Below, one piece after another: positions 1-12,711 of a stretch of 64,000 bases of DNA. The stretch is taken from assembly GCF_963921235.1 (NCBI RefSeq), contig NC_086108.1, forward strand, positions 63,862,001-63,926,000, in the 5' to 3' direction. Position 1 is the stretch's first letter; every line of letters starts with the position of its first letter. Position numbers and translations under genes: made by a program. The notes beneath the pieces are model-generated. The model did no database searches, was not told the origin of the DNA, and saw only the letters and a list, made by a program, of their open reading frames with translations. This DNA comes from Mobula hypostoma (Eukaryota).

Positions 1-592
1 GAATTCACCCTATAGTTTGAGAGGGAGAAGAAAAAGTCAGATGTATCAGTATTATAGTGGAGTAAAGGGAATTACAGAGGCATGAGAGAGGAGATGGCTG
101 AAGTTGATTGGAAAGGGTCACTGCAGGGATGATGACAGAACAGAATAGCTGGAGTTTCTGGGGTCAATTCAGAAGGTGCAGGAGAGATACAACCCACATG
201 TATGAAGATGAATTCTAAAGCAAGGATGAGGGAACTGTTGAAGGTAAGGTGATACCAAAGTTTGAGAGATAGAGATTGAGATAGAGAAAAAGAGAGATGA
301 GAGTGGACAACGGACCACTGGGAAATGAAGCTGGAGAAGTAGTAGTAGGAGACAAAGAAACGGTGGACAAATTTAATAAGTTACATCAGTCTTCACTGTG
401 GAAAATACTAGCAGTATGCCAGAAATTCAGAAGAGTCAGGGAGGAGAAGTGAATGTATTTGCTATTACTCAGCAGAGGGTTCTAGGGAGGCTGAAAGGTC
501 TGAAGGTAAATAGGTCAAGTGGACCAGATTGACTACACCTCAGAGTTCTGAAAGAGGTACTTGAAGAGATTGTGGAGGCATTAGAAATGATT

Positions 593-2576
593 AAAACTAT
601 AATACATAGGAGCAGAATTAGGGTATTTGCCCTGTCAGGTCTGCTTCACCATTCAATCTTAGTTGATCCTTTTCTCCCCTCCTCAGCTAATCTGCCCGGC
701 ATTCTCCACGTAGCCTTTGATGCTGTGTCCAATCAAGAACCTATCAATCTTCACTTTAAATGCACCCAACGACCTGGCCTCTACAGCTGCCTGTGATAAT
801 AAATTCCACAAATCCACCACCCTCTGGCTAAAGAAATTTCTCCACATCTCTGTTTTAAATGGATGCCCTTCTATCCAGAGGCTGTGCCCTCTTGTCTGAG
901 ACTCTCCCACCATGGGAAACATCCTTTCCACATCGACTCTGTCTAGGTCTTTCAACATTCGAAAGGTTTCAATGAGATCCCCTCTCATCCTTCTAAATTC
1001 CAGCGAGTACAAACCCAGAGCCATCGAGCGTTCCCTGTATGATAACTATTTCATTCTCGGAATCATCCTTGTGAACCTCCTCTGAACCCTTTCCAATGCC
1101 AGCACATCTTTTCTAAGATGAGGAGCCCAAAACTGTTCACAGTACCCAAGGTGAGGCCTCACTAGTGCCTTATAAGTCTCAGCATCACATCCCTGCTCTC
1201 ATATTCTCGACCTCTGGAAATGAATGTTAACATCGCATTTGCCTTCCTCACCACCTACTCAACCTGTAGGTTAACCTTTAGGTTGTTCTGCACAAGGATT
1301 CCCTAGTCCCTCTGCATCTCAGATTTTTGGATTTTTTCCCCTGTTTAGAATATTGTCTGCACATTTATTTCTACTACCAAAGTGAATGATCATGCATTTT
1401 CCAACATTGCATTTCATTTGCCACTGTCTTGCCCATTCTCCTAATCTGTCCAAGTCCTTTGGCAGCCTACCTGTTTCCTCAACACTACCTGCCCCTCCTT
1501 CATATCATCTTCGCATCATCTGAAAACTTGGCAACAAAGCCATCTATTCCATCATCTAAGTCATTGATATACAGTATAAAAAGAAATGATCCCAACACCA
1601 ACCCCTGTGGAAAACCACTAGTCACTGACAGCACAACTACCACTCAGCCAATGTTCTAACTACACCAGTAACTTTCCTGTAATACCATGGGCTCTTAACT
1701 TAGTTAGCAGCCTCATTTGTGGCACCTTGTCAAAGGCCTTCTGAAAGTCCAAATATACAATATCCACTGCTTTCCTCAAAGAATACCAACAGGTTCGTCA
1801 GACAAGGTTTTCCCTGAAGGAAACCATGCTGACTTTCTCCTATCTTGTCCTGTGTCTCCATAACCTCATCCTTAACAACTGACTCCAACATCTTCCCAAC
1901 CACTGAGGTGTGGCTGAATGGTCTATCATTTCCTTTCTGCTGCCTTCCTCCTTTCTTAAAAAGTGGAGAGACATTTACAATTTCCAGTCCTCTGGCACCA
2001 TGTCAGAGCCCAATGATTTTTGAAACATCATTACTATGCCCCCAAAATCTCTACTGCTACCTCTTTCAGAACCCTAGGGTGCACTTCATCTGGTCCAGGA
2101 GACTTATGTACCCTTAGGTCTTTCAGCTTTTTGAGCACTTTCTCTTTTGTAATAGTAACTACACTCACTTCTCTTCCCTCACACCCTTCAACATCTGGCA
2201 CACTGCTAGTGTCTTCCACAGTGAAGAATGATGCAAAATATTTAGTTCATCTGCTATCTCCTTGTCCCCAGTTATTATTTCTCCAGCTTCATTTTCTAGC
2301 GGTCCTTTATCCACTCTCATCCCTATTATTTTTTACATATTTGAAAAAGCTTTTACCATCCACTTTGATATTGTTTGCTAGCTTACTTTCATATTTCATC
2401 TTTTCCTTCCCAATGATTCTTTTAGTTGCTCTCTTTAGATTTTAAAAGCTTCCCACTATCTTTTGCTTTCACATTAGTTTTGACTTCCTTTGTCAGCTAT
2501 GGTTGTACTATTTTGCCATTTGAGTATTTTTTTGCTTTTACAATACATCTATCCTACACTTTCTTCATTTTTCCCA
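593..2576 (-). mobile_element. 5'-truncated CR1 LINE nested antisense in another CR1
   Basis: ORF fragments 683-1024 (LGLYSLEFRRMRGDLIE...FFSQRVV.LWN) and 2034-2219 (KSPGPDEVHPRVLKEVA); CR1 3' UTR near 600. Confidence 0.88.
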
Positions 2577-3232
2577 GTGACTTATCTTTCAAGAATCACT
2601 AGATTCTGGAATGGTCACGGTAGATTGGAAAATGGCACAACACTCCACTCTTTAAGAAGCGAGGGAGGCAGGTGAAGGGAATTTATTGGCCAATTAGCCT
2701 GACTTCAGTGGTTGGGAAGACATTGCAGTCCATTATTAAGGATAAGATTTCGGGTCACACATAATAAAATAGAACAAAGTCATCATGGTTTCCTGAGAGA
2801 GAAATCTCTCCTGCCAAATCTATCGGAATTCTTTCAAGAGATGGTCTGGGTGCGAGTTGATGGGACTTGACAGTTTAAATAGTTTGGCATGATCTAGATG
2901 GGCCGAAGGGCCTGTTTCTGTGCTTTACTTTTCTATGCCTCTGTAGACAAAGGAAAGTCAGTGAATGTTGATTACATGGATTTTCAGAAGGCCTTTGACA
3001 AGATGCTGCTGCACAGGAGCTAATAACATGGATAGAAGATTGGCTGATGACAGGAAGCGTAGAGTGGGAATAAAGGAGGCCTTTTCTGGTTGACTGACTA
3101 GAGCCTTTTCTGGCTGGTGACTAGTGGTGTTCTGCTTTTCATGTTATATGTCAATGATTTGGATGACAGAATTGATGGCTTTGTGGCCAAGTTAGCAGAT
3201 GATATGAAGATAGGTGGAGGGTGGGTAGTATT

Positions 3233-3798
3233 AATAGAACATAGAATAGTACAGCAAAGTACAGGCCCTTTGGCCCACGATGTTGTGCCGACCCTCAAAC
3301 CCTGCCTCCCATATAAGCCCCCACCTTAAATTCCTCCATATATCTGTCTAGTAGTCTCTTAAACTTCACTAATGTATCTGCCTCCACCACTGACTCAGGC
3401 AGTGCATTCCACGCACCAACCACTCTCTGAGTAAAAAACCTTCCTCTAATATCCCCCTTGAACTTCCCACCCCTTACTTTAAAGCCATGTCCTCTTGTAT
3501 TGAGCAGTGGTGCCCTGGGGAAGAGGTGCTGGCTATCCACTCTATCTATTCCTCTTATTATCTTGTACACCTCTATCATGTCTCCTCTCATCCTCCTTCT
3601 CTCCAAAGAGTAAAGCCCTAGTTTCCTTAATCTCTGATCATAATTCATACTCTCTAAACCAGGCAGCATCCTGGTAAATCTCCTCTGTACCCTTTCCAAT
3701 GCTTCCACATCCTTCCTATAGTGAGGTGACCAGAAATGGACAGAGTACTCCAAGTGTGGCCTAACCAGAGTTTTATAGAGCTGCATCATTACATCGCG
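3233..3798 (-). mobile_element. Young 5'-truncated CR1 3' end, intact reading frame, 6-bp TSD AGTATT (3227-3232 / 3799-3804)
   Basis: Uninterrupted LYKTLVRPHLEY...RGDMIEVYKI...FFTQRVVGAWN; (TTCTATG)-type tail. Confidence 0.9.
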
Positions 3799-5400
3799 AG
3801 TATTGAGGAAGCAGGGAGGCAGGGAAGCAGAAGGATTTAGGCAGATTGAGAGTATGAGCAAAAATGTGGCAAATGGAATATAGAATAGGGAAGTGTAGGT
3901 CAAGCACTTTGTTAGAAGGAATAAAGCCATAGACTATTTACTAAACGGAGTGAAAATTCAAAATCAGAGGTGCAAGGGGACTTGGGAGTCCTTGTGCAAG
4001 ATTCCTTAAAAGTTAACTTGCAGGCTGAGTCAGTGGTAATGAAGGCAAAATCAATGTTAGCATTCATTTCGAGAGGATTAGACTATAAAAGCAAGTTTGT
4101 AATACTGAGGCAGTATAAGGTTTTGATTGGACCGTACTTGGAGTAATGTGAGAAGTTTTGGACCCCTTAGCTATGAAAAGATATGCTGGCATTGGAGAAG
4201 GCACAAAGAAAGTTCAAGAATGATTACAAGAAGGAAAGAGTTAACATATTGGCAGCATTTGATGGCCCTGGGTCTGTACTCACTGGAGTTTAGAAGAATG
4301 AGAGAGTTATCTCATTGAATCCTGTCAAATATTGAAAGGCCAAAATAGAGTGAATGTCGATAGAATCTTTCCTATTATGAGGTAGAATAGGACCAGAGGG
4401 CACAGCCTCAGAAAAGAGGGCCAGCCCTTTAAAACAGAAATGAGGAGGAATTTCTTTAGCCAGTGGGTAGTGAAGCTGTGGAATTCATTGCCACAGGTGG
4501 CTGTGGAGTCCAAGTCATTGAGTATGTTTAAAAAGGAGGTTGATAGATTCCTGTTTAGTCAAGGCATCAAAGGTCATGAGGAGGCAGGAGAATGGGGTTG
4601 AGAGGGATAATAAATCAGTCATGATGGAACGACAGAGCAAACTCGATGGGCCAAGTGTCCTATCTCTGCTCCTATATCTTATGGTCTAAAAGAGTTATTG
4701 CTTTCTATATGGTGACTATCCAACCTAAACACAGGTATTATTTTATTTTTAACCCTCATCTTCAGGCATATAATAATATACTACTGCAATCTACAATACT
4801 GACATTATAGATTCAGACTTTACTCAGGAATAAAATAAATTGTCTGGTTTTGGGTATACTTTCCTTGTAAATGTTTCTGCTGTTCAAGTCCAGCATTATG
4901 AATGAACCATTTACAACTATTTGGGACTGAGCGTTATTACAAAGTATTCATTCACTGGGGATAGAATTGTATAAAATCAAAGCTCCCGGTATCATGTTAC
5001 TACAGCATCAGATTATACATTTTACAGTTATCAGATCTCCTGAATGAGATACAATTACATTGAATCCAGTTCATCTGCAGAATGATGAAGGTCCCATGGG
5101 AAGCAAGAAACTACACAATTAACTATACTACTCAAATATTCTTAGTCTGAAAAGGATAAGTTATCAGGGCAGAAGAAGTTGGATACATGTTAACAGCAAA
5201 GCTGATGTAAGGAATTCCGAACATATAAATTTGATTTTGGAATATGGGTTGGTAAATGTAATTTGATAAAGATTCATACTGTACTGTGTCTGGAACTCTT
5301 AAAGGGCATCAACCAAAAAAAAACCAAAGCAGAAACAAGAAGCCAAGCAAATGAGCTAACACAATTTAGTTTGGGGGCCACTAATTTGGATGCTTACTGG

Positions 5401-7080
5401 TCCATTAACTCCACTCTTTAAGAAGGGAGGGAGGCAAAAGGAAGGAAATTATCAGCCAGTTAGCCTGACTTCAGTGGTTTGGCAGATATTAGAGTCCATT
5501 ATTAAGGATTAAGTTTCAGGGTATCTGAAGACACATAATAAAATAGGTTAAAGTCAGAATGGTTTCCTTCAGGGGAAATCTTGCCTGACAAATCTTTGCG
5601 AATTCTTTGAGAAAATAACTGGCAGGATTCACAAAGGATAGTCAGTGCATAGAGTTAACTTGGATTTTCAGAAGGCCTTTGACAAGGTGCTGCACGTGAG
5701 GCTACTAAACAGGATAAAAGGACAAGGTATTACAGGAAAGATACTAACATGGATAGAAGATTGGCTGACTGGCAGGAGGAAAAGCATGGGAATAAAGGGA
5801 GCCTTTTCTGGTTAGCTGCTAGTGAATACTGGTGTTCCACGGGGGTCCTTATTGGGATTGTTTCTTTTCACATTATATGTCAATAACTTGGTGAATGGAA
5901 TTGATGATTTTGTGCCAGGTTTGTAGATGCTATGAAGATAGGTGGAGGGGCAGGTAGTTTTGAGGTAGCAGAGAGTGTACAGAAGGATTTAGATTGGGAG
6001 AATGGGTAAAGAAATGGCAGATGGAAAATGGTGTAGGAGATGCAAAGTGAATCAGGAGTCCTTATGCAGGATTCCCTGAAGGTTAAATTGCAGATTGAAT
6101 GGCCAGAAAGGGAAATGCGATGGTAGAATTCAATTTGAGGACTAGAATATAAAAGAAAGGATGTAATGCTGAGACTTTATAAAGCATTAGTCAGACCACA
6201 CATGGAGCATACATCAAAGTTGCTGGTGAACGCAGCAGGCCAAGCAGCATCTATAGGAAGAGGCGCAGTCGACGTTTCAGGACGAAGGGTCTCGGCCTGA
6301 AACGTCGACTGCGCCTCTTCCTATAGATGCTGCTTGGCCTGCTGCATTCACCAGCAACTTTGATGTATGTTGCTTGAATTTCCAGCATCTGCAGAATTCC
6401 TGTCGTTTACGTTTAAATTCACTACTGCGAAGCCTCTTCCGGTGATGCCTACACCGAAGAAGTTTAGATCCTCTCTTCGACGGGAGTTCAGTGAAACCAT
6501 CTCTCACTGCTCCCCATCTGTAATTTCTTCGGCTCTTCAACTTTTCGACCACACATGGAGTATTGTTTTGTGTCCCTTATCAAAAAAAAAAGATGTGCTG
6601 GCATTGTAGACAGTCCAGAGGAGTACACGAGGATGATTCTGAGAATGAAAGGGTTAACATATGAGGCATGTTGCCTGTGGGCCTCTGTTCGCTAGAGTTT
6701 AGAAGAATGAGGAGGGATCTCATTTAAACCTATAGAATTTTGAAAGACCTAGATAGAAAGGGTGCAGAAAGGATGTTTCCTACAGTGGGCAGAGACTCAG
6801 AATACAGGGACATGTCTTTAGAATGGAGATGAGAATGAGTTTATTTAGCCGTGGGGTGGTAAATCTGTAGATAAGTGTCACAGATGGCTGTGGATGCCAA
6901 GTCTTTGGGTATATTTAAAGAGGAGGTTGATAGGTTCTTGATAATTAAGGGTGTCAAAGGTTACAGGAAGAAGGCAGGAAGATGTGGTTAAGACATATAA
7001 TAAATCAGCTGGAATGGTAGAACAGACTTGATAGGCTGAGTGGCCTAATTTTGCTCCTAAATCTTATGGTCTTTTGGTCT
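5401..7080 (+). mobile_element. Decayed CR1 LINE 3' part, interrupted by a Penelope insertion
   Basis: CR1 RT-region sequence and 3' UTR ending TCTTATGGTCTTTTGGTCT. Confidence 0.85.
6208..6546 (+). mobile_element. Penelope-like element remnant: inverted pseudo-LTR plus putative ORF-start tail, with 14-bp TSD
   Basis: TSD GACCACACATGGAG at 6194-6207 and 6547-6560; 74-bp inverted arms 6208-6281 / 6296-6369; pLTR closely similar to 19990-20130, which follows a GIY-YIG C-terminus. Confidence 0.85.
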
Positions 7081-7409
7081 AATTTTACTCGGTAGAACAC
7101 AATGAATGCTAATAGACTGCATTATGTTTTAATATGCTTTAAGTGGCATTTGCCTGTTTTAAACCAAAGTGTTCTTTGCTTACTTAGCCTGCTCCAAAAT
7201 CACAGCAGGTTGTATATCAATAGAAATAGGCCCACACCATAATTACTATCTCTATTCCCATCTAAAACAGATGAAATGGTCACCAAGTTAATTAGAATTG
7301 TATAAGATGCAAATAGTTCATAACTTTGTTTTGAATCAAATAACGAAATGAGATGTGAGGGCAGGTTTAAGCAAGTGAAATGCAAACTTAACAATCGTCT
7401 CAGAATATG

Positions 7410-8240
7410 TGACCTAGATAAATGTGAGGTGTTGCACCTTGGTAGAGCAAATGCAAGGAGGCAGTGTACTGTTAAGGGCAAGATCCTTAACAGTGTTGCT
7501 GAGCAGAGAGATCTTGGGATCCAAGTTTGTAGCTCCTTGAAAGTGGCTACACAGGTCAATAGGGAGATTAAGAAGGCTTATGGAATGCTTGCTTTTACTA
7601 ATCAAGGTATCGAGTTCAAAAGTCAACAGGTTATGTTGCAACCTTATTAGACTCTGAATCGGCCACACCTGGAGTATTGCATGTTGATCTGGTCCCCCTC
7701 CCCCCATGGGAAGGATGTTGAGATTTTGGAAAAGGTGAAGAAGAGGTTTACTAGGATGCTGCCTGGTTTAGAGGGTATGAGCTATCACAAGAGGCTGGAT
7801 AAACTTGGGTTGTTTTCTCTAGAGCAGCAGAGACTGAGGGGAGATCTGACAGAGGTTTATAAGATTATGAGAGGCATTGATACAGTAGACAGGGAGTATC
7901 TGTTTCCCAAGGTTGAAATGTCTAACACCGGAGGGCTTGCACTGAAGGTTAGAGAAGGTAGGTTCAAGGGGGCTGTGAGGGGGTAAATTTTTACTCAGAG
8001 AATCACGATGCCTGAAATACGCAGCCTGCTATGATGGTAGAGGCAAAAACATCAGAGGCTTTTAAGCGACTTTGGATAGACACATAGATGTAAGGAAGAT
8101 GGTGGGATATAGACATGGTGTAGGTAGGAGAGATTAGTATTCAGGTGTTTTTGATTTGCTTTTTAGCTGGTTCAGAACAACATTGTGGGCTGAAGTGCTT
8201 ATTTCTCTGCTGCGCTGTTGTGTCCTACATTCCGATGTAC
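7410..8240 (+). mobile_element. CR1 LINE 3' fragment (different subfamily)
   Basis: KCEVLHLGR, QRDLGIQV, KRFTRMLPGL, RLRGDL.EVYKI. Confidence 0.88.
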
Positions 8241-8446
8241 TGCACTCAAAAGATCAGATGCAGATTGCAATTTGAAATAAAAGAGCAGAGAGATGTTCTT
8301 TGAAATATTTTTAAAACTTAAATGACATAATAACCACAACAACATGATTTTGCAGTTTATCTAATCCATTCCCCAATTTTCTAACTACACCAACAAAATC
8401 TGTGTGTCATCAAACTATTTACAGCTATGCAAGACTGTGGACTAAC

Positions 8447-8641
8447 CAACTCTAACTGTAGGAGGCTGATTGTTGACTGGCATTACAGTGATGTTCAGAT
8501 CATAGATAGGGAGAGAGCCGTGGAGAGGTACTGGTGGTGGAAGAGGTCCGTCGTAACAGCAGCCATCCACCGTGCCACTCTCTGCATCAGAGACGATTAT
8601 TGTTACAGTGTCCACATAAGGACTATATCCTATTTCACCAC
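8447..8641 (-). CDS. FREM1: FREM1-family exon (195 nt): (G)[64 protein letters not shown](G)
   Basis: CTCTAG|GT ... G|GTTAG; FREM1-like 'GGEIG...GCCY.GP...PLH.S.P.YDLNITV.PV.NQPP'; phase 1-1. Confidence 0.94.
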
Positions 8642-9037
8642 CTAGAGAGAAGAAGAGATGATTAATGCTTGGCACTCCTGTGGGTCAATATTCTCAACTA
8701 AAACTAATGTCCTAAGCACACCCAGGTGATTTTGAGTAAGTTTCTAGCTCGACTTATTAACTTATTGTGCAGAAAATTGTTGGGTTTGATAGAGGTTTAG
8801 CCATTCACGGGCAAGTACATCCCAGAAGGGATCTGGACAAGTTCAGTGATAGATGTCACCTCATCCATTTCAACCTGACTCCCGGCCTGAAAAGAGAAGT
8901 TAGTTATCACTTCATTATTTCAAACTCTTATTTATTTTTGAATGTAGTATTTACAGCATTGTTAATAACTTAGAATTATATATACACTGTCAAAAGCTGT
9001 TAGTGCATTCTGGGGTCTCAGCAAGTATCTTATTAGC

Positions 9038-9190
9038 ATCACACACAAACTGTTGGAGGAACTCAGCAGGTCAGGCATCATCTATGGAAATGAATAAACA
9101 AGCAAAATTTTGGCCGTGTGTTGCTTTCCTCCAGCATTGTGTGTATGTTGCTTTGTATTTCCAGCATCTGCAGATTCTTTCATGTTTATA
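9038..9190. mobile_element. Short palindromic Penelope pLTR derivative
   Basis: TG(T)TGGAGGAACTCAGCAGGTCAGGCA... followed by the inverse ...CCTCCAGCATTGTGTG...CCAGCATCTGCAGA. Confidence 0.7.
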
Positions 9191-10593
9191 ATCTTATTAG
9201 CGTGCCTGTAGTGAAAAAGAGTGAAGTTTCACCATAGAGTACTACCCCGTTCCCAGGGATGGAGCATCAGCTCAGTATATCTTCTGCATCACGTTCACGC
9301 AAGCGCAGGTAGCTGGATGCCACAGGCAGTGAGTTCAGGTGCTAGGGCTGAATCCAGCTCATTTCAGCCCATTATTTCAAACACTCAGCAGAAAATAGGC
9401 CTGCAGGTGATGCAAGAATGCTGTGGGGTCAAATGATGTATGTAGCAGCACATTTAAAAAGCTGCTCCTGTGTTTTAAAAAGACAACTCACAGATTTTGT
9501 TGACTTTCATGCTGCTGCAGGCAAACATAAGTGAGGCAAAATTAAAATTTCAGGGAGGAGAAATAGAATCCGAGGTCATCTTAAGAGAAATGTATTGAAG
9601 ATGCCTTGCCTCCTTTAGGGCACAGGGGAAATCTGTGCAATGCCCCATTGCCTGCCTCGGGAAAGGTGAACTTTGCATTAAGCAAACTTGCTGCATCTGC
9701 AAACTGTTTCTCTGTGACAATTTCTTGCCTTGTAGTTCTCTGAGAAATGGAGAAAATCCCAGAGTAATATCCATCCAAATAAAATTATGTGTTTAAAGAG
9801 AATTTTAACATTTCAGGGAACTTCAAAGTATTAAAAACAACACAAATAAAATTTCAATGTTAGTACAAAATATGTAAAATAGAAGAAACATCAAAACAAA
9901 ACTCAACAAATAAAAATAATTATTTTCAAAGAGTCCAAAGCACAGATTGAAGGAAGATAAATTGAAGGGAAAGGGTACAAGGAATGAATAACAATGCTTC
10001 TGAGAATTAATGATAACAATGAGGTCAGAATCATCTCAGGCTTACTGTCACTGCTTATGGCAGGCAAGCTGTTGTTTTGGGGCCACAGTACAGTGCAAGC
10101 CATTAAAAATGACTAAAAATTACAATAAGAAATAAAACAAATAATTAGTGCAATGAGAAATAGTGAGCAAGTCTTCATGGCCTGTTCAGAAATCTCGTGG
10201 CGGAAGTGAAGTAGCTTGAACAAACTCTCCAGTCCCTAAAGATGTCACAGCGCAGAGCCATTGCTGAATAGACTGTAGGTCAGGACACACTGGAGACTGA
10301 AAACTAAGTTCAGGACAAATTACCTGTGGTGAAGATAATCCATTAGAACTGAGGACAACTGGACTGTATACTTCAATATTGACTTAGAAAACTTTGTACT
10401 TAAGGACTTCTCAGAGTAGAAAACCCATAGGTTGCATACTACAACATACATTTATTATCTAAGTATGTATACTCTGTACAACTTTGAGATTCCTCTCTGT
10501 ACAGGCAGGCCACAAAACGAAGAATCCTAATAGATCCATTAAACAAGGCCATCAAACACACAATGTGCAGGAAGGAAAACAAACTGTGCAACA

Positions 10594-11090
10594 ACTGAGA
10601 GCATCATGACTGGCTGCATAACTGCCTGGTATGGGAACTGTGCTTCCCTCAATCGCAGGACTCTGCAGAGAGTGGTGCGGACAGCCCAGTGCATCTGTAG
10701 ATGTGAGCTTCCCTCTATTCAAGACATTTCAAAAGACAGGTGTGTAAAAAGGGTCTGAAGGATCACTGGGGACTCGGGTCACCCCAACCACAAACTGTTC
10801 CAGCTGCTACTATCTGGGAAATAGGACCGCAACATAAAAGCCAGGACCAACAGACTCCAGGACAGCTTCTTCCACCAGGCCATCAGACTGATTAACTCAT
10901 GCTGACAGAACTGTTTCATGCTGACAGAATTGTATTTCTATGTTATATTGACTGTCCTGTTGTACATACTATTTATTATAATTTACTATAAATTGCACAT
11001 TATACATTTAGACAGAGACATAATGTAAAGATTTTTGCTCCTCATGTATATGAAGGATGTAAGTAATAAAGTCAATTCAATTCTATTCAA
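10594..11090 (+). mobile_element. Rex1/Babar-like LINE 3' end
   Basis: ESI.TGCITAWYGN..LQRVVR.AQ motif; AATAAAG followed by a (TCAAT)n tail; highly similar to 49620-50080. Confidence 0.75.
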
Positions 11091-12711
11091 TAAAAGTAAG
11101 CAACTAACATTCAGAACTGAAGTTCACAAAAGTGACTCACACAGCCACTAAGCCAGTCTTCACTGCAGCCAGTCCAGGAGTCTGTTAGCAGCAGGCCACA
11201 TCCTCAGTTCGAAGCAGAGATGAGTAAACATGACTGAGCAGCGAGCTGAACTGACCAATTCCTCACCATCCCCAACACCCCAAGCTTTCAATCTGGCCTG
11301 GTACTTAAATTGTCCAAACTTTGGGTCATTCCTTGCTCTTGGATCTGGACTCTGCACTTCAATATCTCTCGAGCCCAGGCCATGCCACCTCAACTCAGCC
11401 TCTGCCCAATCTTTCCAATTCGGCTTGGCAAATAAGTCAATCAAACCTTGGATCTTTCCTCATTCTTGGGCCCATACCTGGGCAATGCCGCCTCTGTTCT
11501 GTTGCATCGACTTGCCTCCAAGTCTACTCCAGCAATGGCCAAACACTAGCTTCTTCCCCACTCTTGGGCCTGGGCCCACTACCTTGATTTCCTCTGTGCA
11601 CACCACACTGCAACGGTCCTGCACTTTCCAGACTTCAGTTCACACCACAAAAATGCCAGGTCATACAGGCAGTTCAAAAACACAACTCTGACAGGGAAGT
11701 TACAGCCTTTTGATTTCAGTGATCATCTACCAGAAAAAATGTGATTCATGAAGTAGTTGTAGTTTTGTTTGTTTTGTTGGCTATTGGCAAGTAGTATTTG
11801 TGCTTCACCAGTGCTATGGTAAACCCTAAATTTTAATGTGATAACTGTGTGTTCATATACGAATATGGAAACCATTTTATGGTTTAGATTTTGTTCTTAA
11901 GATTTCTTCATTTCACCCCATTCAGATGCCACCCTTTCATCAGAAAAACATCACCCCTTCCAATTACCTTAGTGCTGACCTGGCTTTCCTAACTAAACAC
12001 ATATCAACCAAGTTCCCTAACCACCAAACATCCACCCCTTACCCTACCTATCAAAATCTCACACTGCTTGCATTTGTCCTTTTTATCTCCATGAAAGTCC
12101 TGACCTAAATCTTCATCAAGCATCCCTCTCTCTTGCTAACCTCCCAACCTGATCCATCAACCAACCTCTTGGTTCAACTTCTCTACCAATCTCCTGGTCT
12201 AACCTTCCTTCCAATCCCCAGCCACCAACCCTCAACCAACTGCACCACTAAACTCCTGATCCAAATCTTCAATAAGCCTGCCAACCTGACAATCTTTCTG
12301 ATTTCTGACTGGATGCCTCCAGAAAACTCCTGGCTTCCCCTGCAGGACTCTGCCACTACTGTGTCTGCAACCATACCGCCATCTCAAGTGTACACATTTT
12401 CTCAGTAGTTTTGGAAGGCAGAGCATGCAAAAGAAAGATCTTTCCTGATGTAATGACTATTCAGCAGAGAATGATATCTTGAGCTCCTCCATTGACAACA
12501 AGGTTTTTACTGGAATGGTTATTGGCCCATCGCTCACCAATAGGTAATTTAAACTCTAGAATTGAATTGAAACACTACTTGGAACTCACATATGAGTTGG
12601 ACAATTTTATCTGATGATTCTGATTCTGCTCATCTCAAAGCAGACAATAAAACAGAAAACATTTCAAGTACTCACCAGATCCAATGTACTTGTGGAGACA
12701 GAAAGAGAGGT

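Larger units (their letters stand above)
1..4688 (+). mobile_element. Decayed CR1 LINE (ORF2 to 3' UTR) acting as host for nested insertions; host pieces are about 1-592, 2577-2840, 2944-3232 and 3799-4688
   Basis: CR1 RT motifs (..PDGLHPRVLKEV..EIVEAL, DFQKAFD, ADD.KIGG); ends in ...CTTATGGTCT; the sequence reads continuously across the insertions. Confidence 0.85.

Noticed and set aside
1..6. Window begins with an EcoRI site GAATTC
   Set aside because: It is part of ordinary CR1 sequence; no vector or linker follows.
3295..3930. 211-aa ORF as a host gene
   Set aside because: Chimera of a nested CR1 3' end and the antisense strand of the host CR1.
4690..5400. Next downstream FREM1 exon
   Set aside because: No CSPG-like open frame with splice sites was found by eye; it probably lies before position 1.
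9443..9466. TAGCAGCACAT, resembling the 5' end of miR-15/16
   Set aside because: Similarity stops after 11 nt and there is only a 6-bp stem; no pre-miRNA hairpin.
11900..12410. C/A-rich strand-biased tract with short ORFs
   Set aside because: Low-complexity sequence with no clear periodicity or coding signal.
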